A program made the position numbers and the translations under genes. 64,000 nucleotides of DNA from positions 32,001 through 96,000 of the IMG/VR virus record IMGVR_UViG_3300026488_000015; one strand, written 5' to 3'. The notes under the pieces were generated by a model. It was given only the letters and a program-made list of their open reading frames with translations, was not told the origin of the DNA and did not search any database. Shown piece by piece: positions 19,239 to 29,598 of this stretch (positions within the stretch are counted from its first letter, which is position 1; each line of letters begins with the position of its first letter). Source of the stretch: a virus.

Positions 19239-21293
19239 TTATATGAATTTAACACCAGCAAGTCTAGGTACTGTGTTTTTAACGAAACCGAAATTTTTAG
19301 ATTTAAAATCTACATCAGCAGTTTTAGGTATATTAAAGTCACTCTCTCTTAGAGTAACACCATCAATATCAATATCGATTCTGACTGATTTATCTCTAAT
19401 GGTATTTACAAAATTGTATATTCCTACTGGTATTAAACCCAAATAAATCTTGAAAGATATTAATTGGTTTGTTTTGTCAAGGTTACTTAAAGGTGTATCG
19501 AAATCTACATATAAATCCTTATACTCATCTGATTCTATATCAAAGTTAAAATCTTTACCAAAAATACTAGGAAGAACATCTACATTAATATCAGAAACAC
19601 CATAAATCTTTTGTTCGTTTACAGCTAAGTTCATAACAATCTTCTTACTTATTGAACCATCAACAGCTAACTCATCTTTAATTTGTGCTCTGAAGAAATT
19701 TATTTTTGTCTTAAATGTGTAGTCAAAACCAGAACTATCTCCTGCTGAAACATCCATCTTTTTAATAAGAGTTGAATTATAGTAATCAACATCATACTGC
19801 TCTAGCTCTTCAAAGAAATACTTTTTCATAATATCAAATAGAGTATTATGCACATAAGCTTTATTGATACTACTATATTTTGCCATTTCAATTTCATAGA
19901 AGAAATCGATAAAAACCGGGTGTCTATCGTTTAGTTCTATGGTAATAACTTTAAGATTAGATACTTCTTTCTTGATATTATTAATGTCAGCATCTAGTAG
20001 ATACATTTTCTCTGCATCAAGTAAATCGTTTCTTTTGAACTCGAATGAAACATCGTTTACATTTGTAAATGTTCTAGGAATATTTGCCGATAGAAGAGAG
20101 AACCAAACATTACCTAGTTGTTTAACGAGCTCATCTTCTCCACCCCAAATAAAGGCATTCTTAACTAAAGAATTACTTTCAATAAAAGTCTTGTAATCTA
20201 AAGTTGTTACAAGTCTGTTTCCTGAGTTGAAGAACATCGGAGCATTTGTCTTAATATCCTCATCTACTTCCTCATCTGTACCAGTAATAAAAGGAATGTC
20301 TGATTGCAATTCTGTAATAATTTCGTAGTTTGTCTCGACAAGAGCATCTTTCAGCGTAATCTTTTCAGAAGCAATACCTTCTGTACCAGAACTAACAATA
20401 ATATCTACATCTATTTTCGTATCTACAAGCAATGGGTTACCCATACCAGCAAATGTGAAATAAACTCTTACAGTTTCTTTTTCTATATTTCTAAGCTGTA
20501 AGTATTCGTTTGAGTATTTGAAGTCTTCATTTTGCTCTACAATAAGACTATCTCTCTTTTTCCACTCTTGCGATAACTCATTACCTTGGTCATTCACTGG
20601 AGTAACATAAACAAACACACCGTCATTTTCGATATTTTTATAAGGGATATCAATAAAGTTTTCTTCTACAATCGTACCTGCGTTATTTGTTGTTACACCG
20701 ATAGTGTATGAAAGTATAGCATTGTCTTGGTAACGAATTAATGTACCTTCTTTAACAATTAGTTCAAACTTCTTAATAATCTGCACACCGTGTTCATCAG
20801 TGCCATCGATTGGAGACCAAACTCCTGGTGCTAGTTCTTCTTTGGGTATGTATTCACCATTTTCAAAATCCCTAGGATGCGGTTCAATACTAATATCTTC
20901 ACCCAAATAGTAATAAGATTTTTCTCCTGCCGAGAAATTACTATATCTAAGTATATCCATAGGTGGATATAGTCCAGTAAAAGGCGAAACGGGTACAGTC
21001 GGTTCTTTTACTCTAAGATAAACTTTATATTGAAATGATTTCTTTAATGTGGCTTCGTAACCTATCTGTCTAGCAAGTGCCAAGATATTTTTTCGTTGTT
21101 CTGAGCTATTAAGCGTAATATCAGAAAGACCAAAACTCATATTCGTATTAACTATATTGATGGCATATGCCATTAAGTCTGTGAGAATAGCTGTATTAGA
21201 TGCATTTGAATCTACATCGTAACCTTTATTTCTCCATTGCTTCTTTAGGTCTTCGGCAATGTCTTCATATTCATAAGGTATAATTTTTGTCAT
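19239..21293 (-). CDS. gp6: Baseplate wedge subunit gp6
   Basis: LTDLMAY, NILALARQIGY, IKTNAP.FF..GNRLVTTLDY, IWGGED. Confidence 0.9.
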   Translation of the reverse strand: MTKIIPYEYEDIAEDLKKQWRNKGYDVDSNASNTAILTDLMAYAINIVNTNMSFGLSDITLNSSEQRKNILALARQIGYEATLKKSFQYKVYLRVKEPTVPVSPFTGLYPPMDILRYSNFSAGEKSYYYLGEDISIEPHPRDFENGEYIPKEELAPGVWSPIDGTDEHGVQIIKKFELIVKEGTLIRYQDNAILSYTIGVTTNNAGTIVEENFIDIPYKNIENDGVFVYVTPVNDQGNELSQEWKKRDSLIVEQNEDFKYSNEYLQLRNIEKETVRVYFTFAGMGNPLLVDTKIDVDIIVSSGTEGIASEKITLKDALVETNYEIITELQSDIPFITGTDEEVDEDIKTNAPMFFNSGNRLVTTLDYKTFIESNSLVKNAFIWGGEDELVKQLGNVWFSLLSANIPRTFTNVNDVSFEFKRNDLLDAEKMYLLDADINNIKKEVSNLKVITIELNDRHPVFIDFFYEIEMAKYSSINKAYVHNTLFDIMKKYFFEELEQYDVDYYNSTLIKKMDVSAGDSSGFDYTFKTKINFFRAQIKDELAVDGSISKKIVMNLAVNEQKIYGVSDINVDVLPSIFGKDFNFDIESDEYKDLYVDFDTPLSNLDKTNQLISFKIYLGLIPVGIYNFVNTIRDKSVRIDIDIDGVTLRESDFNIPKTADVDFKSKNFGFVKNTVPRLAGVKFI

Positions 21294-21330
21294 AAGTTGT
21301 ATCCCGTTTCTTATTATTTATAAGAAACGA

Positions 21331-21867
21331 TTACCAATTGTAACTAAGTACCTCTTCTACATCTACTGCTGTCGAAATAGCATTAAAAAGTGTTTGTTTC
21401 TTAGCGAAATCTGTCTGATATTTTACACCTATCGTTAAAATAACTGTCTCTGCTTCTGTCAATGTCAATGTATGAGGTACATTATCTACATCGAAAAATG
21501 TTACTGTTGTAGCACCACCCATTTCTGATAGTCTTTTAGCACCATCCAATTTTGTTACTGAAATATCTCCGCCGAACCAAGAAATATCATCTACAACGAC
21601 TTGCGTAAGTACCTCTGCGTCAAAACCTACACGGATAATTGATTTTTGTTCTTCTTTAATTCTCTCTAAATCAGATAAAATAGTTTCTTCAGACTTTCCA
21701 ACCCAAGTAATCTTCTTATCTTCAGTGCTTACTGTGTACTCATTTAGTGGTTTATCTACAACAACAGCTAAAATGTCGATTGTTGGTGCAGTAAATTCTG
21801 TACCCGCTTTGTTAAAAGTTGTTATACCAGTGACTCTTAGTGTAGTTTCATCATAATGTACAAACAT
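21331..21867 (-). CDS. Tail fibre assembly-like protein (DUF4376-like)
   Basis: FFDVDNVPHTLT...FAKKQTL..AI..A..VEEV...NW; follows a fibre gene. Confidence 0.6.
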   Translation of the reverse strand: MFVHYDETTLRVTGITTFNKAGTEFTAPTIDILAVVVDKPLNEYTVSTEDKKITWVGKSEETILSDLERIKEEQKSIIRVGFDAEVLTQVVVDDISWFGGDISVTKLDGAKRLSEMGGATTVTFFDVDNVPHTLTLTEAETVILTIGVKYQTDFAKKQTLFNAISTAVDVEEVLSYNW

Positions 21868-21868
21868 A

Positions 21869-23209
21869 TTATTCTCCTTTCCATATTTCGCTGAAATCTA
21901 ATGCTGTTGGCACTGTCCCATTTTTAAGTAAATATCCTTTGATTCTCCAACCTTCAGATATTACATATATTCTATCTCCATTTTCAGGTAAGATAGATTC
22001 TGTTCCCTCTGGATTACTCATTGGGTTATAATCACTTGCAAACTGACTAACAGCTAAGTGACCTTGTGTATGAATTTCTAATAAAACAGAAATCTTATGT
22101 ATAGGTTGTGGTGAACCTGGAACACCGTAAAAAATATCGGGACTATGGTCGAATGTTTCAAAAATTACTTTGTATAATCCTGGAACTAATGTGAGTTCTA
22201 AATCAGAACTTACTCCACCCCATTGTTGTTGCCACCAGATACCAGGCACAAGATTACCTGCATCCCACACATCGTTCCCATTTACTGTTGGTCTTGTAGT
22301 AAAATCTTTAAGTGCTGAAATCGTTTGTACTGTATTAGTCGTAACAGCATTTGAAGCATTTTGTTTCAGGTTAAGTGCTGCTTGTGTAGCATTACTAATA
22401 GGTTTATCAAGGTCAAAAACATTATCCACATTTGTTAATCTTGAATTAATATCATCAAGCTTACCTTGAGTAATAGTATTTGTAGGTTTCTCTAAATCGT
22501 TTGTATTATCTACACGCTCTAATTCAAGGTTTGTTTTTGATACAGTAATATCATCGAATGTATTATCACATCTTCTACTATCAGCTAATCTAGGGTCGTT
22601 ACCTACTGTCACTTCTGAAGCAGTTACACCAAAATTCTTATTGAAAGCTGTGTTTTTAGTGAAAGCATCTTCTTTAGTGTCAATTTCAGTCTGTGTAGCT
22701 GTACTAATAGGTTTTTCTAAATCGTTTGTGTTATCTACACGCTCTAATTCAAGGTTTGTTTTTGAAATAACTATATCATCGAATTCATTATTACATTTAC
22801 GAGAATCCGAAAGCCTAGCATCATCACCTCTTGTTACAGTACTCGAAGTTGCTCCAAAGTTTCTATTGAAAGCTGAGTTCTTAGAGAAAGCATCTTCTTT
22901 AGTGTCGCTCTCAGTTTGTTGTGCTGTACTAACTGGTTTATCCATATCAGAAGTGTTATCCACATTATCCAGGCTTAAGTTTACTTTAGAAATATCAGCA
23001 TCATCGAATGTATTATTACATCTTCTCGAATCGACCAATCTAGGGTCTGAATCGTGAACACCTTCAAGTCTAGTAATTTCATCATAGAAAAAATCAATCG
23101 CTGCTTGTGTAGCTGTACTGATTGGTTTCTCTAAATCATTCGTGTTTTCTACTCTATCAAATTTCTTCTCTATCGCCTTTATTTTAGTATAATCAAAAAT
23201 ATCCATCAT
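21869..23209 (-). CDS. Short tail fibre with VDNTxDxxKPxS repeats
   Basis: Five VDNT.DL.KP.S.A.Q repeats, GDDARLSDSR/GNDPRLADSR, QTISALKDF...VWDAGNL; ~225-nt DNA periodicity. Confidence 0.75.
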   Translation of the reverse strand: MMDIFDYTKIKAIEKKFDRVENTNDLEKPISTATQAAIDFFYDEITRLEGVHDSDPRLVDSRRCNNTFDDADISKVNLSLDNVDNTSDMDKPVSTAQQTESDTKEDAFSKNSAFNRNFGATSSTVTRGDDARLSDSRKCNNEFDDIVISKTNLELERVDNTNDLEKPISTATQTEIDTKEDAFTKNTAFNKNFGVTASEVTVGNDPRLADSRRCDNTFDDITVSKTNLELERVDNTNDLEKPTNTITQGKLDDINSRLTNVDNVFDLDKPISNATQAALNLKQNASNAVTTNTVQTISALKDFTTRPTVNGNDVWDAGNLVPGIWWQQQWGGVSSDLELTLVPGLYKVIFETFDHSPDIFYGVPGSPQPIHKISVLLEIHTQGHLAVSQFASDYNPMSNPEGTESILPENGDRIYVISEGWRIKGYLLKNGTVPTALDFSEIWKGE

Positions 23210-24033
23210 TAAACCCCGTTCTTGAATTGTGAAGTTATCATTCTATTTTTTGAATCATAACCCATATAGTGAGTTGCTCTTCTCTCACCTTGTGTTTTCT
23301 TAACTTTACTAATAGTAATATCAATACTAGCACCTGATGGTATAACAACACCATCTTCAGGTACTATATAAGCATAGTTTTCTTCGTATGGTCTAGGTGC
23401 AATAGTTGTACTTCTGGCAATAACAAAGTCAGCTGGAATTACAACTGTACCACTGTGCCCAATATTATATGTACCTGCTTTGATTGTAATATCATCATCT
23501 AAGCTAATATTTCTGAATTTGAATTTTAAATAACTAGAAATTACAATATCAATATCATCAGGTAGAATACCAAATACAGTTAAATCAGACAAATCTAAGT
23601 CGATATAAGTATCACCAGTTAGTGTAACTGAAACTGCACTACTATTAGTTATTTCATTATCTAATGGTTCATAAGTTACACCATTAGGTAAACGGCGAAG
23701 AACTAAATCTGACTCGTGGTATCTGATTTCATTAACAATTCTTAATGTATCATTCCAATACATAGTTTTTCTTATGTAACGCTTTAAATAATATTCTGTG
23801 ATTTCATCTTCAGGGACTTCATACCAAATATCTAAGCTATCATTAAGGTCATTGTATTCAATCCATACAATATCATAATCTTCTAATTTATTGTCGTATC
23901 TATATATAATTCTTGCTTTACTCGTAAGTGCAGCGATGTCATTTGAAACAGATAGTAGCGAACTCCTACTAATATCCATTTCAGGTGAATAGATTTTATA
24001 AATCTGATTACCTTCTTTTTTGATGAGAGCCAT
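23209..24033 (-). CDS. Hypothetical structural protein
   Basis: 274-aa ORF behind a late promoter, coupled to the fibre gene. Confidence 0.55.
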   Translation of the reverse strand: MALIKKEGNQIYKIYSPEMDISRSSLLSVSNDIAALTSKARIIYRYDNKLEDYDIVWIEYNDLNDSLDIWYEVPEDEITEYYLKRYIRKTMYWNDTLRIVNEIRYHESDLVLRRLPNGVTYEPLDNEITNSSAVSVTLTGDTYIDLDLSDLTVFGILPDDIDIVISSYLKFKFRNISLDDDITIKAGTYNIGHSGTVVIPADFVIARSTTIAPRPYEENYAYIVPEDGVVIPSGASIDITISKVKKTQGERRATHYMGYDSKNRMITSQFKNGV

Positions 24034-24060
24034 TTAATCACCTTCCATATTTCTAAGTAT

Positions 24061-24405
24061 TTATATTACTATACTAATTGAAGTAAAATCTGTTTCTTCT
24101 TCAGTTCGTATTCTGTATTGTACATTTATCGTTAAACGATTATATTCGGGAGCGAATGTCACTTTTGTATTAACTTTATCGACCCTAGGTTCATTTGCCG
24201 TAACTAGAGTATTTACATAAGATTCTAAGTCAATAATATCAAGTTCATCTAAATCACTAAAAATATAATCCATTATCTTCGAACCCTTTGTTGGTTGAGC
24301 AGGGATAGTACCTTTTGGTGTACTAATGATATTCTTTATGCTTCTACGGATGACATCACGATTTTCTATATCATCGCCTTCTATATCTTTATATTTTAAA
24401 GCCAT
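24061..24405 (-). CDS. gp25: Baseplate wedge subunit gp25
   Basis: IRRSIKNIISTPKG..P..P..GS.I...IF, NEPRV; start moved to MALKYK (AGGAG SD). Confidence 0.88.
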   Translation of the reverse strand: MALKYKDIEGDDIENRDVIRRSIKNIISTPKGTIPAQPTKGSKIMDYIFSDLDELDIIDLESYVNTLVTANEPRVDKVNTKVTFAPEYNRLTINVQYRIRTEEETDFTSISIVI

Positions 24406-24406
24406 T

Positions 24407-24838
24407 CTACTCTCCTTGTTCTTCTTTAAGTTTATCTTCAGCAATCTGTGCTTTCGTTCTTCGTTTCTTCTTAGTGGGTTTCACTTCTACAATTTTTTCA
24501 ACGATTACTTCTACAATTTTTTCTATTTCTACAATTTTCTCAACTTCAACGATTTTAATCTTATCAGGATTCTCATCTAAGTGTTTTCCTATGTAGTCTT
24601 CAAGGACTTTAGGTTGTCGTTTGAAATAATCTTCAATTGCTTCATCATCGAAAAGGTCTTCATTTTCTTTTTTATAAATAGTAGTAGATTTATCGTAACT
24701 GTTCCCGAATGGTTCAAAATTAAGAAGATTTGCTTGTACAATAGGCGTGTAAGGGACTATTTGACCCATTCTGTAATTGTAAAACTGTCCTTCGTGTCGG
24801 TAGTGAACTAAATCTCTGGTACATCTGTAATATTTCAA
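24407..24838 (-). CDS. Hypothetical protein with IVEVEK repeats
   Basis: TTG start with AAGGAG SD; late promoter at 24869. Confidence 0.55.
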   Translation of the reverse strand: MKYYRCTRDLVHYRHEGQFYNYRMGQIVPYTPIVQANLLNFEPFGNSYDKSTTIYKKENEDLFDDEAIEDYFKRQPKVLEDYIGKHLDENPDKIKIVEVEKIVEIEKIVEVIVEKIVEVKPTKKKRRTKAQIAEDKLKEEQGE

Positions 24839-24863
24839 GAATACTCCTTATTTTAATATACTT

Positions 24864-24885
24864 TTAAGTATTTATATGTTATAAT
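24864..24885 (+). promoter_or_regulatory. Orphan plus-strand early-type promoter overlapping a minus-strand late promoter
   Basis: TTAAG TATTTA TATGTTATAAT matches the early consensus exactly; the spacer contributes to TATAAATA on the other strand. Confidence 0.55.
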
Positions 24886-24969
24886 CTCTTGGATAGAAAA
24901 TTTATTGTCTTTGTGTAGAAGCAAAAACAAAAAAAGTTTTTTTTACTTTATCGTGTGATAACCCTGCCT

Positions 24970-26838
24970 TTAAGGTAAGTAAGTATAATAAGTCCTCTTA
25001 TCTATAATAGATTGAGTAAGATAACCTAGAGATTCTTTAGCTCTCAATACTTCAAAAAAGAACCCATAAGTTTTATTGATACATAAATTAACTGCACCAT
25101 AAACATCTTTAACATATCCTGAATCTATATCCCCAATATAACTTTCCAACTCGATAGTTCTATCGCTAATATTCATATCGATAATTCTAGTCACAAATAA
25201 CTCCCAAATGCTTGTACTATCTGAAGGTTGCACATATGCTGTTGTATCTGTTAGCGTAAAAATATCAATAACTTGATTCATACTCTCTTGCACTAATAAC
25301 ACTTTAGAGAAGAATTCGTTATCGCTATTATTCTGGTCGTTATTGATAGAATTAGTACGATTACCCAAATTAATGATTCTATCAATAATGTTTTTTATCT
25401 TAGCAATCTTATCTGAATCAAATAAAGCCCTAATATTATTATATCCACAATTAACCAAAACATCTGTACTTGCCCACTTATCTGATTCATTAATTCCAGT
25501 CTTCACTTCTTCTGTAATAATGTATTCATCATCAACTAGTAGTGAGAGGCTCCCAATCTTTGAAAATATTGTTTGTCCATCAAGCTCGTATGTAGTTCCC
25601 CCAACTAATGTTATTGTAGAAAATCCAGTATTAGTAATTGTATTATTATCATAAGTAAGACCACTAGGTAATGCCTCAGAAGAATAAGACCAAGTGCTAT
25701 TATAAATCTTATTATCGATTACTTGTGAACTATAAATGTCACCAGGTACATTTGCTGGACCAAAAGAAGCTGGAAAAAATATTGGTTCTATTATAAGAGA
25801 TATAAATTCTAAAAAATATTCAATATCTATTTCTTGTATTTCTGCACTAGGATAATTTAATAAGTCCGGGCTTCTCATTTTGTAATTCCATTTTTGTTTT
25901 GGGTTTACTGACCACAGTTTTTCTCCTAGTATTTCCATCGTCCAATTCATATAAGACGGATAAGTTGCATCTAATATTTCAAAAACTTCAAGACTCATTG
26001 CTGGAAACATAGGGCTTAAATTTATCTTATCGTATGGTGCACTAGCATTAGATATAGATGATAAGGCTTTCATTAAATCATCACTTACTACATTAGTAAA
26101 AAAATCACCCAATAAATCTTCAAAAATCTCATCAGGGACTTCACTAATGCTAGAGATAAATTCACCATCAGTAAGATTATTGATGCTTGTAAAATTCTTA
26201 TGTTGTAATGAGCCTTCTACAATCACTGCAAGAAAACCAACTACTCTTTTTGAGGTAGGGTGTACAAGTATTAATTTTTCTGAAATACTCGGCTCAATAT
26301 CCACTTCAGAAAAATTAATGCTATCCAATTCAAAAGAACCTCCGTATGATGTAGTGCTTATTACGAAATCTGTACTTTTTTCTCCTAACCCATCAAAAAG
26401 AAGGCCCATTACATCACCTAAATCTTTATCTGTAGCTATCTTAGTACCATCAGGCGTATCAAGAGTAACTATTTTATAATCTCCAGGTAGGATTAAATCT
26501 GTAGGTTCGAATTTATCATTAAGTGTAGTAAAACCTGCTGATGTTTTAGTGGGGAAAGTAAACTTACTATCAAATAAGTTTTTATAATAAGAAGAATTAT
26601 TTATGTCAAAATGTAATACATCTGATGCATTACGCCCTTTAAGTATAGCTCTCTGTTTTGCATAGTATAAGGCTTGTTGATGGTATTCTCCCGTGTGTAC
26701 GAGAGCAGGTAATAATGCCAGCATTTCTTTCGTAAAAGTAAGTTTTTCAACAATTTTTATGCGTTTCTTTGATTTACCTGAAGCGCCACTTTCAATTCCA
26801 TCGATAGTTTCTTGTTTAACTCGGTCAATAGCTGTCAT
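24970..26838 (-). CDS. Hypothetical baseplate-region protein (622 aa)
   Basis: Long ORF behind a late promoter; carries one copy of the shared inserted module. Confidence 0.6.
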   Translation of the reverse strand: MTAIDRVKQETIDGIESGASGKSKKRIKIVEKLTFTKEMLALLPALVHTGEYHQQALYYAKQRAILKGRNASDVLHFDINNSSYYKNLFDSKFTFPTKTSAGFTTLNDKFEPTDLILPGDYKIVTLDTPDGTKIATDKDLGDVMGLLFDGLGEKSTDFVISTTSYGGSFELDSINFSEVDIEPSISEKLILVHPTSKRVVGFLAVIVEGSLQHKNFTSINNLTDGEFISSISEVPDEIFEDLLGDFFTNVVSDDLMKALSSISNASAPYDKINLSPMFPAMSLEVFEILDATYPSYMNWTMEILGEKLWSVNPKQKWNYKMRSPDLLNYPSAEIQEIDIEYFLEFISLIIEPIFFPASFGPANVPGDIYSSQVIDNKIYNSTWSYSSEALPSGLTYDNNTITNTGFSTITLVGGTTYELDGQTIFSKIGSLSLLVDDEYIITEEVKTGINESDKWASTDVLVNCGYNNIRALFDSDKIAKIKNIIDRIINLGNRTNSINNDQNNSDNEFFSKVLLVQESMNQVIDIFTLTDTTAYVQPSDSTSIWELFVTRIIDMNISDRTIELESYIGDIDSGYVKDVYGAVNLCINKTYGFFFEVLRAKESLGYLTQSIIDKRTYYTYLP

Positions 26839-26858
26839 AAATATACCTTTTCAAGTAT

Positions 26859-27344
26859 TTATAAAATAGGGCCTGATACTGGAACTGGTGGTACACTAGG
26901 GATAATTCCAGTGACTAAACTGTTAATTGTATAATTCATAATAGCCATAGCTTCTTTCATCGCCGCTACTGGTGCTGTATTTTCGCCGCTATAAATACCC
27001 TTTAGTTCTTGTTCGAGTGAAGATTTACCAAAACCAGATAAAGATAATTGAATTGCTGGGCCTGCAGTCATTAATGTTAAAAAAGCAGAATCGATAGTCG
27101 CTGCTACTTTTTTAGCCTGAGAAGCAGCATCTTCAGTCTTATCCATATACATACTCTCTATATCTGGTTTAATTATACTCACTACACCTGCAGCATTGAC
27201 TACTGCATTACCAAAAGGGCACATTCCAGTCGCCCAAAATGATGAAATAGCTGTAGCATATTGTAATGCTGCTGCACCCTCATCGTTTTCAGCTGAGTAC
27301 ATCGCCGTTAAAGAACCTGATAGACCTGAGAGTGCTAAAGGCAT
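26859..27344 (-). CDS. Hypothetical spike-associated protein
   Basis: Coupled to gp5; internal duplication (MYSAEN / IYSGEN). Confidence 0.5.
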   Translation of the reverse strand: MPLALSGLSGSLTAMYSAENDEGAAALQYATAISSFWATGMCPFGNAVVNAAGVVSIIKPDIESMYMDKTEDAASQAKKVAATIDSAFLTLMTAGPAIQLSLSGFGKSSLEQELKGIYSGENTAPVAAMKEAMAIMNYTINSLVTGIIPSVPPVPVSGPIL

Positions 27345-28471
27345 TATTCAACCTTCGATTTAGCACTCAAATCTGATACTGCTAAAGGAGGATTAGCTGG
27401 TCCAGATGGTCCGACACCGGTTGGATGAATATGAGTATTACACCAAGTGAGTAGTTTATTACCTAGAGGTATTGGTTCAGAAGAAGCACCAATACCGATT
27501 TTTATATCAGAACCCTCGAATGTTGCTGTAGCGCCAGACTTAATCACTATCTCTCCACTAGCATCCATTTCAAACATAGCATCTATTTTTTGTAGTACAT
27601 TACCAGTTATATTTTCTGTCAATGTACCTTTAAGCGTTCTTAATACATCACCAGCGATTTTCTCTGTAAGTTTTGCTTCGAGCGTACTAAGAACATCTCC
27701 AGTGATTTTCTCTGTGTGCGTACCGACAATTTTTAAATCGTTATTTCCTGTTACATTCTCATTCTTATTCATTTCAACAACTTCATTGCTGTTACCTTGA
27801 ACAATCTGATAATTATCTTTAACAGTCTTTACAGTAATAGAACCTTCTTTGTCAATCTCAATATAAGTGCCGAGTTTGTGCATTATATGAATTCTCTCAT
27901 TTCCTTCGGTATCATCAATTTCAATCGTATGACCACCGTGAGTTTCGATAACATTATTATTAGGATATACAGCTTTAGAACTACCTTCTTCTAATTCAGA
28001 CCACTTTTCTCCAGCAGCATTTTCAACATCTTTTGTAATACCATCTACTTTGATTTTGTGGTTATGGCAAGTCTTATCAATTAAACCAGTCGAATCGCTT
28101 CTATTGAAAGGATGTAAATCCGATTCAGTCAATCTTTCTGCTATGTAAACACCTTCTTTGGTACCAACAAACCCATCTGCTGGTGCTTCAGCCATTTGAC
28201 CAATCATCGTACCGAATATAATAGGTTTAGTCCAATCATCATTTTCAAAGAACAGCCATACCCAAGTACCTTGTACTAAAATACTTGATACACCTACTCC
28301 TGATGTCATTCCACCAAAAGATGTTCCTTGTACTACTTCTGCCCAAGGTAGAGAATCAGTAGGTGCATCAGTTTTTGAATCCGAGTGCACTCCCATTATT
28401 CTTACTTGAACTCTTCCAAGAAATTTTAAATCTTCGTTGTTTTCTACAACACCTCTATAAAAACTAGTCAT
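27344..28471 (-). CDS. gp5: Baseplate central spike gp5 without a lysozyme domain
   Basis: FYRGVVE..ED...LGRVQVRIMGVH, LPWA, YP.N.V.ET.GGH.IEIDDT.G.ERI...H..GTY.EI, beta-helix repeats, C-terminal HIH. Confidence 0.9.
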   Translation of the reverse strand: MTSFYRGVVENNEDLKFLGRVQVRIMGVHSDSKTDAPTDSLPWAEVVQGTSFGGMTSGVGVSSILVQGTWVWLFFENDDWTKPIIFGTMIGQMAEAPADGFVGTKEGVYIAERLTESDLHPFNRSDSTGLIDKTCHNHKIKVDGITKDVENAAGEKWSELEEGSSKAVYPNNNVIETHGGHTIEIDDTEGNERIHIMHKLGTYIEIDKEGSITVKTVKDNYQIVQGNSNEVVEMNKNENVTGNNDLKIVGTHTEKITGDVLSTLEAKLTEKIAGDVLRTLKGTLTENITGNVLQKIDAMFEMDASGEIVIKSGATATFEGSDIKIGIGASSEPIPLGNKLLTWCNTHIHPTGVGPSGPANPPLAVSDLSAKSKVE

Positions 28472-28473
28472 AG

Positions 28474-29598
28474 TTACTCCTTCTCATCTGCTCTAATCAA
28501 AGTTAGAGTTTGTGTAAAATGTCCCATTGTAATCTTATCGATACAAGTATGGATTAAATATTTTCCTGCTAGAGGCTTGAATTCATCATTTGGTTTGTCG
28601 GGGTCTGTATTTATTGATTCAATCGAACACATTTTCCCCGCATCTGCTTCCCAAGTACCATTTACTGTGATTAACATTTCTACATTATCAAGTAAATCGT
28701 TACCATAAGATGCCTTTAAGCCTCTTTCGTCCCTATGAACATTGTAAAAGAATTTCTCTTGGTCTGATTTCTCATTCACAATCATATTAAGCTTACTTTC
28801 AATTTTGTAATCAGCGTGTATATCTTCTTTCTTAATGTCTTCGGGGATAGTTGTTTTTGTTTCTATTTCGTATTTGAATGATTTTCCTTCAGGCAAGTTT
28901 ACTAGGTTATTTATTAGGCTGTTATTCTTTGAGTTTTTCTTAATAATTCTTTGAAAATCTCTCATTAAGGTTGTATCTTTGTACTCTAGCATAGCATCTA
29001 CTGGTTCAGCAGTCAATTCTGTAATGTCTTTAAGTGCGTATTTAAGTTTGCTTCTGAATACCAATAAACCTCTATCTCTAGCTAGTTTTTTAACTGTGTC
29101 GATGACATTTATTGCCTTTGAAGTAGTGATGGTATCCCAAGTATAATCATCTTTTGAACCCAAATCCAATTCATATAAACCTATATCAATATCTCCCATC
29201 AATGCTTTAACTACATCATAGATACCTTTCTCTTTGAAACCTTTTGAAATATAAGCTTGTGATGCATTGTAATATAATTTATCGACAAAATATAGATTCA
29301 CGGCTGTACCGTTTTCGTATTCTGTTTTATTCTGTGTTATCTCGATAATTTTGTATTCGGAATTATTAAAATTTATTTTGTTATGGTCTGTTAGATATAA
29401 TGAAATTCCAGTATCAAGATTAATAGGTAGAGTACTATAAAGACCTAGTGGGTCTAAGAATGTTATAGTACCATACGAAATACTTGAATCGATACTTCTT
29501 TCTAAAGTTAAATCTAAAACTTGTGCTGCAGGCACTGTTGTGTCCCCTATTTGTACTAGGAATTCAATTAAGGTATTTGAACTATTTAATGTTGTCAT
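28474..29598 (-). CDS. Baseplate hub protein, gp27-like
   Basis: Upstream of gp5; C-terminal LAGKYLI....DKI....FTQTLTLIR. Confidence 0.6.
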   Translation of the reverse strand: MTTLNSSNTLIEFLVQIGDTTVPAAQVLDLTLERSIDSSISYGTITFLDPLGLYSTLPINLDTGISLYLTDHNKINFNNSEYKIIEITQNKTEYENGTAVNLYFVDKLYYNASQAYISKGFKEKGIYDVVKALMGDIDIGLYELDLGSKDDYTWDTITTSKAINVIDTVKKLARDRGLLVFRSKLKYALKDITELTAEPVDAMLEYKDTTLMRDFQRIIKKNSKNNSLINNLVNLPEGKSFKYEIETKTTIPEDIKKEDIHADYKIESKLNMIVNEKSDQEKFFYNVHRDERGLKASYGNDLLDNVEMLITVNGTWEADAGKMCSIESINTDPDKPNDEFKPLAGKYLIHTCIDKITMGHFTQTLTLIRADEKE

